NCBI RefSeq assembly: GCF_032229445.1
Contig: NZ_JAVTWC010000028.1
Location: 31,149 to 95,148, forward strand
Reading direction: 5' to 3'
Source of the DNA: Tahibacter sp.
GTDB taxonomy: Bacteria; Pseudomonadota; Gammaproteobacteria; Xanthomonadales; Rhodanobacteraceae
Length of the DNA: 64,000 nt
The notes below the pieces were generated by a model. That model worked only from the letters and a program-made list of their open reading frames with translations. It searched no databases and was not told the origin of the DNA. The position numbers and the translations under genes are program-made. Below are positions 26,109-34,463 of this stretch, one piece after another. The first letter of the stretch is position 1. Each line of letters begins with the position of its first letter.

Positions 26109-26208
26109 GCAACGAGGAAACAGGGGGAGACGAGGGAGAAATGGGTAGAGGAAAGGCACGCTTTCGCCTTCGCTCATTTGTCGCGCCTCTCCGCTATTTC
26201 TTGCTGGC
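26109..26208. repeat. Purine-rich/pyrimidine-rich imperfect palindromic element, copy A (fills the whole convergent spacer)
   Basis: The purine-rich arm (26109..26157) and pyrimidine-rich arm (26166..26208) are largely complementary. It shares CGAGGGAG(G)AAATG and AGAGGCGCGA[CG]AAATGAG (17/18) with copy C. Confidence 0.7.
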
Positions 26209-27489
26209 TCAGGATTTGCCGAACGGCCGCTTCAGGCGCGAGAGCAGGCCGCCGCCCTCGCGCTCACTCTTTACTGGCGCACGCAGCGACGCGCGCGTCT
26301 CCCACTCGATCAGGCCGATCGCGTGATAGGCGTTGACGACGTCGAACACCTCGGCCATCGGCACATTGGCCGTGGCGGCGATCTCATTGAGGCGCGCGGG
26401 CTGCATCATCGCGCGCGCGATGCGCTGATGCTGGTGCACCTCGCGGTCGAGTTCTATCCAGTGCTTTAGTTTGTAGCTGCCGCCCGGATCGAGCTGCGGC
26501 GACAGGCGGCCGCCCGAACCGACCAGGGCTTCCAGCCACAGCAGGTTCTGATACGGCTGAGCCGGCTGGGCGTCGCGCACCTGGTTGAATTCCGCTGTGG
26601 TCAGCGTGCGCCAGTCGCCCTGCACGAGCGGAGCGCGCACATAAGCTTCGAGCTGGGCCAGGCTACCTTCCGCATGGAAGGTCCGGTTCTTCGGGTCCAG
26701 CGTCAGGGCCACCGCGCCATCGAGGCGAATCTGCGACGGACCGGCAAGCAGTTGCCCTTGCAGGTAGTCGCGCATCGGATGCCGGGTGCCGTCGATCGAG
26801 AGGCTGCCGCGCTTGACCGGCGGCAAGGTGTTCGGACCCGGCGCGGAGCCCTGATTCGTCAGGCCGTCGGGGCTCTCGAAGGCACGCGCCTCGCTGCGCG
26901 CTGTCGGGGCAGACGTGCGTTCCACGCGCGTGTCGTCGTCCAGGGTCACCGGTACGGAGAAACGTGGCCTCTGCGCCGGTTCGTCGCGACGGAACAGGCT
27001 GTCGGGATCGACCGGCACGTCGTCGTTGTGCAGGCCCAGCGCGCGCGCGCCGCCCATGCTGTCATCGTCGAACATGCGCGCGATCACGTCAGGCGGGTCG
27101 AGTTTGCTGGATGGTGCGCGCGCAAATTCAAGATAGAGATCGTCGCTGCCGGTCTCGAGCTGTGGCATCAGCAGCAGACCGCCGCCGGCACCGTTGAGTA
27201 CCTCGATGACATTCTGCAGCTTCAGTGGCCGGTGCAGGCTCAACTCCGGGGTCGAACCCGCTTCCTCGTCGGTGATCACCGCAACACGCATGCCCGCGGC
27301 GAGTGCGCGCGTGCGGGCCATCTGGCCGGCGAACGCATTCGTATCCACGACGACGAGATCGGCGCCTTCCTCGCTGCCCCAGCGCCAGCGCTGCTGCAGT
27401 TGCTCGCCGGCCTTACGTATCAACAGGCGCAGATGCGCCGTATCGTCGTCACTGAGACCTATCACCACCAGATTCTTGTCGATGCGCAT
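26209..27489 (-). CDS. Hypothetical protein with receiver (CheY)-like N-terminal domain (426 aa)
   Basis: The N-terminus MRIDKNLVVIGLSDDDTAHLRLLI...GADLVVVDTN...RVAVITDEE resembles the REC acidic pocket, phospho-Asp and T positions. The central region is low-complexity. The C-terminal about 100 aa are helical. No family recognised. Confidence 0.6.
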   Translation of the reverse strand: MRIDKNLVVIGLSDDDTAHLRLLIRKAGEQLQQRWRWGSEEGADLVVVDTNAFAGQMARTRALAAGMRVAVITDEEAGSTPELSLHRPLKLQNVIEVLNGAGGGLLLMPQLETGSDDLYLEFARAPSSKLDPPDVIARMFDDDSMGGARALGLHNDDVPVDPDSLFRRDEPAQRPRFSVPVTLDDDTRVERTSAPTARSEARAFESPDGLTNQGSAPGPNTLPPVKRGSLSIDGTRHPMRDYLQGQLLAGPSQIRLDGAVALTLDPKNRTFHAEGSLAQLEAYVRAPLVQGDWRTLTTAEFNQVRDAQPAQPYQNLLWLEALVGSGGRLSPQLDPGGSYKLKHWIELDREVHQHQRIARAMMQPARLNEIAATANVPMAEVFDVVNAYHAIGLIEWETRASLRAPVKSEREGGGLLSRLKRPFGKS

Positions 27490-27639
27490 CGCCCCGCTCC
27501 CAGCGGACTGTTCCAGGATGAATCGAGCCGATCATTGCGCCGGCCACAGGCGCAGCGCGCAACGGGGTCCATAGTACCGACTATTGGCCAACTACAAAGC
27601 CCAAGCGCAGTTCTGTGCCGCGCCCCATCGCCGGCCGGA

Positions 27640-28128
27640 TCAACGCTGCCCAGCAGCGGGCTTTCGCTTGGGCTTGAGCATGGTGCCGGTGCAACGCGGT
27701 GCACCGCAGCGGCAGGCCCAGATCGCCTTGAGCCGCGGCGTGTGACGTTCCTCGAGCGTGATGCCGTAGTCGTAGCAGAGTTCCTCGCCGGCACGGATGT
27801 CGCGCAACGACTCGATCATCACCCGATCCTTGCGCGCGTTGCCGCCAGCGTCTTCTTCCAGGCTCGACTGGCAGTTCGGGTCGCAGCTGTGGTTGATCCA
27901 GCGCGCGATGTTGCCGCCGTCGTTTGCATCGAGGACATAGCGATCGTTGAGCGTGAACAGAAAGGTGTGGCCGGTGTCGGCATTGCCCGGATAGCGCTTG
28001 TCGGCCTGGGCGTGAGTCAGCAGCGTACCGCGGTATTCGATCAGCGTCGTGCCGGCCGCAATGTCGACGGCAGCGAACACGCCATTGCCATGGATGGGGG
28101 AACGGCGGGCGACGATTCGACGCGACAT
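27640..28128 (-). CDS. SET-domain protein (putative protein lysine methyltransferase)
   Basis: 162 aa from ATG 28128 (MSRRIVARRSPIHGNGVFA). It has RWINHSCDPNC, ELCYDY and the post-SET Cys cluster CRCGAPRCTG. Confidence 0.85.
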   Translation of the reverse strand: MSRRIVARRSPIHGNGVFAAVDIAAGTTLIEYRGTLLTHAQADKRYPGNADTGHTFLFTLNDRYVLDANDGGNIARWINHSCDPNCQSSLEEDAGGNARKDRVMIESLRDIRAGEELCYDYGITLEERHTPRLKAIWACRCGAPRCTGTMLKPKRKPAAGQR

Positions 28129-28400
28129 GTGGATTCGATCCGGGCAGGGGACGCGCATTGTGCCGTGTCGCCCGGTTGGCGTGAAGGTTGCGCACCGATG
28201 TCCTGACGCCACGCGACGCCCGGACCGAAAGCGGCTACGGCTCAGCGATTGCAGACCATCGCCACGGCGATTTCGTGCCGCCCGTCGGCTGCCGACGAGG
28301 CAGGCGAGCCGCATCACGGATCGGCTTTCGATTAGGTCGTTAGCTCTATCGCACTGCAGCAGCGTTGCCCGCGACCCGCAGCCAACCTCCGAGGGATTCC

Positions 28401-29231
28401 ATGACGCCACGACTTCTGTGCCTCGCCGTGCTCGCTGCCGCCTCCGCGTCCGCAACGGCAGCGACCTTCACGATCCGCGACCACGACACGGCCGGGCTGA
28501 TCGCCGCCATTCGTACCGCCGAGTCCACGCGCGAGCCCGACCGCATCGAACTGGCCACGTCCGGCCTCTACATCGTGCGCGGCGCGAGCGATACCCGGCA
28601 GCAGCTCGGCCTTCCGCTGATCCGCAGTTCCATCACCATCGTCGGCAACGGTGCCGAGATCCGCCGCTATTCGGATGAGGAGTTCGCGCTCGTCGGCGTG
28701 GCGCACACCGGCAAGCTTGCACTGGAAAATCTGGGCCTCGCCGAAGCCTCGCGCGGGGCCATCATCAATCGCGGCGTGCTGCACCTGGACCACGTGCGCG
28801 TGACCGACAGCCTCGCCGACGGCGCCAACGCGATCCTCATCAACTACGGCACGCTGCGTGGCTGGGACAGCGAGATCAGCCATAACGCCGTGCTCTCGGC
28901 CAAACGCGACGCTGGCATCGTGCTGAATTTCGGCCGCATGGAACTCAACCGCTCGCGCCTGAGCGGCAACACCGTCACTGGCCGGCGCAGTTCGGTACTG
29001 ACCGCCTCGGCGCTGCTCAATCTCGGCGAGATCCGGCTCAACGACGTCACCATTGACGGCAACAGCGCCGATGGCAACAGCGCGCTGGCCGAGCCCGGCG
29101 ACACGTCGACCGCGCACGCCGTGGTCAACCTCGGCAATGGTTCGCTGCACGGCGAACGCGTCACACTGGTCGACAACTGGCCCGAAGAAGCCAACATCCT
29201 GCCGGTTGCCGATCCCGACGCGGTGAACTGA
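28401..29231 (+). CDS. Secreted repeat protein, probable right-handed beta-helix
   Basis: 276 aa from ATG 28401. Signal peptide MTPRLLCLAVLAAASASATA. Repeats of about 22-25 aa of the type N-x-G-x-L-x-L-x4-[IV]-x-x-N/D. Confidence 0.55.
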   Translation: MTPRLLCLAVLAAASASATAATFTIRDHDTAGLIAAIRTAESTREPDRIELATSGLYIVRGASDTRQQLGLPLIRSSITIVGNGAEIRRYSDEEFALVGVAHTGKLALENLGLAEASRGAIINRGVLHLDHVRVTDSLADGANAILINYGTLRGWDSEISHNAVLSAKRDAGIVLNFGRMELNRSRLSGNTVTGRRSSVLTASALLNLGEIRLNDVTIDGNSADGNSALAEPGDTSTAHAVVNLGNGSLHGERVTLVDNWPEEANILPVADPDAVN

Positions 29232-29389
29232 GCCCGGCGACCGAAGCGGAGGCGCTGGCGATGACGCCGTCGATGGGCGGGCTATCGCCTCCGCGCAACG
29301 GTTTGCATTCCGGCCGCTCGCGCCCATCCGACCCTGGCGAGGCCGCCGCTCAGCCGTCACACTGACCGGCCCTCCGCGGTCGGACCGAC

Positions 29390-30835
29390 ATGTCGCACCG
29401 TCGCAATGTGCTGCAGGGCCTGACGTTCAAGCTGGCCCTCTTTTATCTGCTGCTTTCCGTGCCGGCGCTGGCACTGATCCAGTGGACCATCGTCAGTTTC
29501 GAATTCCACGAACTGTTCGAGGCGGTCGATTCAGGACGCATGGCCTCGATGACCCAGGACGCCGCCAACGCGATCGGCCGTCACTGGAACAGCGAACAGC
29601 CGCCGAGCGATATCGAACTCGCCACGCGCGCCGAAGCGCTGGTGCTGCGCATGGAGCGGCCGCAGGACGGGCTCGCGCCGAGTTCCTACGTGATGCTCGA
29701 GCTGTCACAAGTGCCGGTGGCTGTCGGCGTCTACGACCTCGCCGGCCGCGCGCTGGCCAATGCACCGGACGGCAGCTGGACCGCGACGCCGCCTCCGCTG
29801 ACCGATCAGGCCTGGGAAGGGTCAAGCCGGGAACACGCCGTGACGCTCAGCGGCGAGGAATCGCCTGAGCGCGTACGGCGTGTGCTCGCCACGATCCGCG
29901 ACAGCCACGGCAATCCGCGAGGGTTCCTCCTGGCCGAACTGCGCCTGCCGCTGCCCTGGCAGCGCCTGACCGGCGAAAACAGCTTCGAGTGGCCAATCCT
30001 CTTCGTCTATCTCGTGGTGTTCAGCATCGCGACGGCTTTCTTCATGGTGCGCTGGGTCACGCGCCGCCTCAACACCATTGCCGATGCCGCCGAATCGTGG
30101 AGCGCCGGCGATTTCTCGACCCTGATTCCGGATGAATCCGGGGACGAACTCGGACGCCTGTCGCGCGACCTGAACCGCATGGCCTGCGAGCTCATGAGTC
30201 TCATGCAATCGCGCACAGATCTGGCCAGCCTGCAGGAGCGACAGCGCATCGCCCGGGATCTGCACGACACGGTCAAGCAGAAAGCCTTCGCGCTGAACCT
30301 GCAGATCCGCGCGGCGCGGCGCCTGATCGGCACCGACGATGCCGCGGCCGCGACGCGAATGGACGACTCCTTCGAGCTGATCAGCGGCATCCAGCGCCAG
30401 CTGGTGCATGTGCTCGACGAACTGCGCACCGAACGTGCGCCGCGCGGCTTTCTCGCGCCGCGCCTGCGCGATCTGGCCGAGCGCTGGGCGCGCATCAGCG
30501 GCCTGCAGCGCGAGTTCGACCTGGACGACTCCATCCTCGACGACGCCGTTCTCGGCGAAGCGATGCTGCGCATCGCCGAGGAAGCCCTGGCCAACGTGCT
30601 GCGCCACAGCCGCGCGACGCGAGTCGCAATCCGCCTCCATCGCAAGGACGAACAGATTGCGCTGTCCATCGCCGATAATGGCATCGGCGGTGCCGACAGC
30701 AGCAGCGGCATGGGCCTGGCGAACATGCGCGGGCGCGCCGAAAGTTTGCCTGGCGGCCATTTCGAACTGATCAGCACGCCAGGTGCCGGCACCGAGGTGC
30801 GGGTCCGCTGCAACTACGGAGCACGACCGCAATGA
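29390..30835 (+). CDS. Sensor histidine kinase, NarX/LiaS/DesK type (HAMP + HisKA_3 + HATPase_c)
   Basis: 481 aa. Two TM helices flank a periplasmic domain of about 170 aa. H-box QRIARDLHDTVKQ. N and G boxes EEALANVLRHS and DNGIGG...GMGLANMRGRA. Confidence 0.9.
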   Translation: MSHRRNVLQGLTFKLALFYLLLSVPALALIQWTIVSFEFHELFEAVDSGRMASMTQDAANAIGRHWNSEQPPSDIELATRAEALVLRMERPQDGLAPSSYVMLELSQVPVAVGVYDLAGRALANAPDGSWTATPPPLTDQAWEGSSREHAVTLSGEESPERVRRVLATIRDSHGNPRGFLLAELRLPLPWQRLTGENSFEWPILFVYLVVFSIATAFFMVRWVTRRLNTIADAAESWSAGDFSTLIPDESGDELGRLSRDLNRMACELMSLMQSRTDLASLQERQRIARDLHDTVKQKAFALNLQIRAARRLIGTDDAAAATRMDDSFELISGIQRQLVHVLDELRTERAPRGFLAPRLRDLAERWARISGLQREFDLDDSILDDAVLGEAMLRIAEEALANVLRHSRATRVAIRLHRKDEQIALSIADNGIGGADSSSGMGLANMRGRAESLPGGHFELISTPGAGTEVRVRCNYGARPQ

Positions 30836-31479
30836 ATCAACCGATTCGCGTCATCATCGCCGACGATCACGTGCTGGTGCGCCAGGGCATACGCGCCTTC
30901 CTCGATACCTGCGACGACCTCACCATCGTCGGCGAGGCCGACAGCGCAGAGACGGCAGCCGCAGTCTGTCGCGAACTGTCGCCGGACGTGGCGCTGATCG
31001 ACCTGGTCATGCCCGGGGGCGGCGTCGAGGCGACGCGACTGATCCGCACGTCCTGCCCGTCGACTCAGGTGCTTATCCTGACCAGCTACGAAGACGACGC
31101 GCAGATCGTCCACGCGGTGCAGGCTGGCGCCCTGTCCTACCTGCTCAAGGACACGGACGCGGATTCCCTCGCCGATGCGGTGCGTCGCACGGCCCGCGGC
31201 GAAGCGATCCTGCATCCGCGCATCGCGACACGTCTGGTCCAGGCCGTACGCGCGCCCGCTGCGGATCCCGCGCCGAGCGCGCTCGACCGCCTCAGCCTGC
31301 GCGAACGCGAAGTACTGGAACTGATGGCCGACGGTCTGTCCAATCTGATCATCGCCACGCGCATGGGCATCGGCGAGAAGACCGTCAAGACTCATGTCAG
31401 CAACGTGCTCGCCAAGCTCGAGCTGCAGGACCGCACGCAGGCCGCGGTATACGCCTGGCGCGCCGGGGTCAAACGGTAG
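30832..31479 (+). CDS. NarL/FixJ (LuxR-type HTH) response regulator
   Basis: 215 aa. ATGA overlap with the kinase gene. REC features (IIADDH, ALIDLVMPG, LILTSY...K) and LuxR HTH (LSLREREVLELMADGLSNLIIATRMGIGEKTVKTHVSNVLAKL). Confidence 0.92.
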   Translation: MNQPIRVIIADDHVLVRQGIRAFLDTCDDLTIVGEADSAETAAAVCRELSPDVALIDLVMPGGGVEATRLIRTSCPSTQVLILTSYEDDAQIVHAVQAGALSYLLKDTDADSLADAVRRTARGEAILHPRIATRLVQAVRAPAADPAPSALDRLSLREREVLELMADGLSNLIIATRMGIGEKTVKTHVSNVLAKLELQDRTQAAVYAWRAGVKR

Positions 31480-31570
31480 GGCGAGGAATGAGTGAAGTGG
31501 AGTGAGAAACGAGTAAGCGGAAGCGCTTGCTCTCGCTTTTACTCATTCCTCACTCCTCTCACCTCGTTCC
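31480..31570. repeat. Purine-rich/pyrimidine-rich imperfect palindromic element, copy B
   Basis: The purine arm GGCGAGGAATGAGTGAAGTGGAGTGAGAAACGAGTAAGCGG faces the pyrimidine arm CGCTTTTACTCATTCCTCACTCCTCTCACCTCGTTCC. GGAGTGAGAAACGAGTAAGC (31499..31518) matches copy C on the minus strand at 18/20. The right arm overlaps the 3' end of the PAP2 gene. Confidence 0.7.
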
Positions 31571-32262
31571 TGGTACTCGCTCCTGCCTCTCAGCCGCGGA
31601 ACCAGCCGCGACAGCAGCACCATCCAGAGCGCGCCGACTGCCCAGCCGGCGAGCACGTCGCTGGGCCAGTGCACGCCGAGATAGATGCGGCTGCAGCCGA
31701 CGGCGACAGCGACGATCCAGGCCGTCAGCAGCAGATAGTCGCGTACGCGCCGGTCTTTGAAGTCGGCTGCCAGCAGCATCGCGAAAGTGACCCAGGCTAC
31801 GGTCGCCATCAAGGTATGCCCGCTAGGAAAGCTCGCGCTGTAGATCTCGGCCTCGTGCGAAACCAGGTCCGGACGCGGCCGCGACACCAGCAGCTTTGCG
31901 ACAGCACTGATGATCTGCGCGCCGATGAGGCTTGATGCGAGAATCGCCACATCACTGCGCCTGCGCTGCAGCCACAGATAGCCGGCAAGTAGCAGACTGG
32001 CACCGGCCACGACGCCGATGCCGCCAAGGCCCGTCATGTCGCGCATGACGTCTTCGAACCAGCCCGGGCCGAGCGGATCGTTCAGCGCCTGAGGATCGCG
32101 CAGCAGCAGCATGATCTGCCGGTCGAGCGTATGCGCACCGCCGTCGGCGAACAGCGACGAGACCGCCAACGCCAGCAGTGCCAGCGCGGCAATTCCAATC
32201 ACGAGACGCCGGGACCAGCGTCGCTCGCGCGGCGCCACTGCGGAATCGAACGAACCCGTCAT
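31543..32262 (-). CDS. PAP2-family lipid phosphatase (second copy in window)
   Basis: 239 aa, polytopic. Motifs KLLVSRPRP, FPSGH and SRIYLGVHWPSD. The last about 10 codons (ERGERSEE-stop) lie inside repeat copy B. Confidence 0.85.
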   Translation of the reverse strand: MTGSFDSAVAPRERRWSRRLVIGIAALALLALAVSSLFADGGAHTLDRQIMLLLRDPQALNDPLGPGWFEDVMRDMTGLGGIGVVAGASLLLAGYLWLQRRRSDVAILASSLIGAQIISAVAKLLVSRPRPDLVSHEAEIYSASFPSGHTLMATVAWVTFAMLLAADFKDRRVRDYLLLTAWIVAVAVGCSRIYLGVHWPSDVLAGWAVGALWMVLLSRLVPRLRGRSEYQERGERSEE

Positions 32263-32289
32263 GCATCCACTCCCTCGCGCCGTCGCCGC

Positions 32290-33768
32290 TCAGCAGCAGC
32301 CATGGTCACCGTGGTTGCTGTTCACGTCACTCGCTGCCACGCCCGTCGTGAGCCCGGCCTGGCTCGCTGTGAAGTGATCCGCCATGACCTTGGCCACGCA
32401 CATGGTCACGCGCTTGCCGGTCGGAATGTGCAGGAATTCGTTCGGGCCATGCGCGTTGGAATGCGGCCCCAGCACGCCGGTGATGAGGAACTGCGCGCCC
32501 GGGAACTTCTCGCCGAGCATGCCCATGAACGGAATCGTGCCGCCTTCGCCCATGTAGGCCGGCTCGGGGCCGAAGAACGCGGTGGATGCCTCCGCAACCG
32601 ACTGTTCGAGCCAGGCCGACAGCTGCGGCGCATTCCAGCCGGTCGAGGCTTTCTCCAGATCAAAGGTCACTTCGCAGCCGTAGGGTGGATCGCGTTCGAG
32701 CAGTCCCTTGAGGAACTCACCGGCACTGGCGCCGTCGCGCGTCGGCGGCAGGCGCAGGCTCAGCTTCACCGCCGTGAACGGACGCAGCACGTTGCCGGCG
32801 GATTCCAGCGGAGGAAGCCCGGCCACGCCGGTTACCGACAACGCCGGGCGCCAGGTGCGGTTGAGCACGAGCTCGGCGTGATCGCCGTCCATCGGACGCA
32901 TGCCGTCCACAAACGGAAACTTGGAATACACAGCATCACCGAGAACCTGCGCCGAGCGCTGCGCCTGATCGATGCGCTGCTGCGGAATATCGACGAACAG
33001 TTCGGTGGCGCGGATACGGCCGGTGGTTTGGTCCTCGAGGCGATCGAGCAGCTGGCGAAGAATGCGGAAGCTCGACGCGACCACGCCGGACGCATCGCCG
33101 GAGTGCACGCCTTCCTCGAGCACCGTTACCGTCAGATTGCCGCCGGTCAGGCCCCGCAGGCTGGTCGTGAGCCAGAGCTGGTCGTAGTTGCCGCAGCCCG
33201 AATCGAGGCAGACCACGAGCGAGGGCTTGCCGATGCGCGCGGCGAGATGGTCGACGTAGTACGGCAGGTCGTAGCTGCCGGACTCCTCACACGCTTCGAT
33301 CATGACGACGCAGCGCGCATGGGGAATGCCCTGCTCCTGCAAAGCGAGGATGGCGGCGAGCGAGCCGAAAATCGCATAGCCATCGTCGGCACCGCCGCGG
33401 CCATACAGCTTGTCGCCCTTGATCACCGGCTTCCACGGACCGAGGTCCTCGGCCCAACCGGTCATCTCGGGTTGCTTGTCGAGATGACCGTAGAGCACGA
33501 CGCAGTCATCGTTGTTGCCGGGGATGTCGATGAAGATCAGCGGCGTGCGGCCCTCGAGCCGCACAACGTCCACCTGCATGCCGGCGATGGGCTGCGCGCG
33601 AGCCCAGCCGGCGAGGAGTTCGACCGCCTGGTCCATATGGCCGTGCGCCGCCCAGTCGGCGTCGAACATCGGCGACTTGTTCGGAATGCGGATGTAGTCG
33701 ACGAGATGCGGAACGATTTCCGCGTCCCATTTGGCCGAGACGAAGTCGCGCAGCTGTTCGGTATTCAT
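32290..33768 (-). CDS. M20-family metallopeptidase (dipeptidase/ArgE-DapE-CPG2 superfamily)
   Basis: 492 aa from ATG 33768 (MNTEQLRDFV). Motifs YGHLDKQP, GRGGADDGY and EACEESGS. Confidence 0.88.
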   Translation of the reverse strand: MNTEQLRDFVSAKWDAEIVPHLVDYIRIPNKSPMFDADWAAHGHMDQAVELLAGWARAQPIAGMQVDVVRLEGRTPLIFIDIPGNNDDCVVLYGHLDKQPEMTGWAEDLGPWKPVIKGDKLYGRGGADDGYAIFGSLAAILALQEQGIPHARCVVMIEACEESGSYDLPYYVDHLAARIGKPSLVVCLDSGCGNYDQLWLTTSLRGLTGGNLTVTVLEEGVHSGDASGVVASSFRILRQLLDRLEDQTTGRIRATELFVDIPQQRIDQAQRSAQVLGDAVYSKFPFVDGMRPMDGDHAELVLNRTWRPALSVTGVAGLPPLESAGNVLRPFTAVKLSLRLPPTRDGASAGEFLKGLLERDPPYGCEVTFDLEKASTGWNAPQLSAWLEQSVAEASTAFFGPEPAYMGEGGTIPFMGMLGEKFPGAQFLITGVLGPHSNAHGPNEFLHIPTGKRVTMCVAKVMADHFTASQAGLTTGVAASDVNSNHGDHGCC

Positions 33769-34017
33769 TGGATTTCCTGCAGTGGTGCGGCAAAGCACGA
33801 ATGTTACCCCGGCCGCCCCCGGCTAACGAGTTGCCCGGCCTGATATTTCCGCCGGCCCTAGGTGCCAGTGCGACTTTTCCTAGCGTTGCGGGCGGCGCTT
33901 GCGCAGGGTTCCACGCGGCGTTTGCCCGACGAAGCGGCGCGGTCGCGCGCCTATCGTGTCACCTGTCGAGGCCACCCCGGCACGACCCATCCCAACCAAG
34001 CAATCAGGAGCAAACCC

Positions 34018-34326
34018 ATGAACAAGTTCATCCAGTCCCTCGCCCTGTCCCTGGCCTTCTGCTTCCCGGCTTTCGCCGCGCAACCGGTCAACATCAACAC
34101 CGCCGACGCCAGCGCCATTGCCGCCAACCTCAAGGGCGTCGGGCAGAGCAAGGCCGAGGCCATCGTCGCGTATCGCGAAAAGAACGGCTCTTTCAAGAGC
34201 ATCGACGACCTGGCCAAGGTCAAGGGCATCGGTGAAAAAACGGTCGCCGCCAACCGCGAGTTCATCCTCGTCGAAGGTGGCAGCGTCAAGTCCAAGCCCG
34301 CCAGCGCCGATCGTTCGGGCGGCTGA
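34018..34326 (+). CDS. ComEA-like helix-hairpin-helix DNA-binding protein, periplasmic
   Basis: 102 aa from ATG 34018 (AGGAG upstream). Signal peptide MNKFIQSLALSLAFCFPAFA, then NINTADASAIAANLKGVGQSKAEAIVAYREKNGSFKSIDDLAKVKGIGEKT. Confidence 0.75.
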   Translation: MNKFIQSLALSLAFCFPAFAAQPVNINTADASAIAANLKGVGQSKAEAIVAYREKNGSFKSIDDLAKVKGIGEKTVAANREFILVEGGSVKSKPASADRSGG

Positions 34327-34463
34327 GGGCTACCAACGCGCGGAACCGCGCTGGCGCGGCGGCCCAGGTCGCCGCTGCCGCACCGGTCAGGTGGGAGCGG
34401 GTATGCGAAACGGGAATCGCGGCGACGCAAGGATGCTCCGAGGCAGGGATGCCCTCGCGATTC

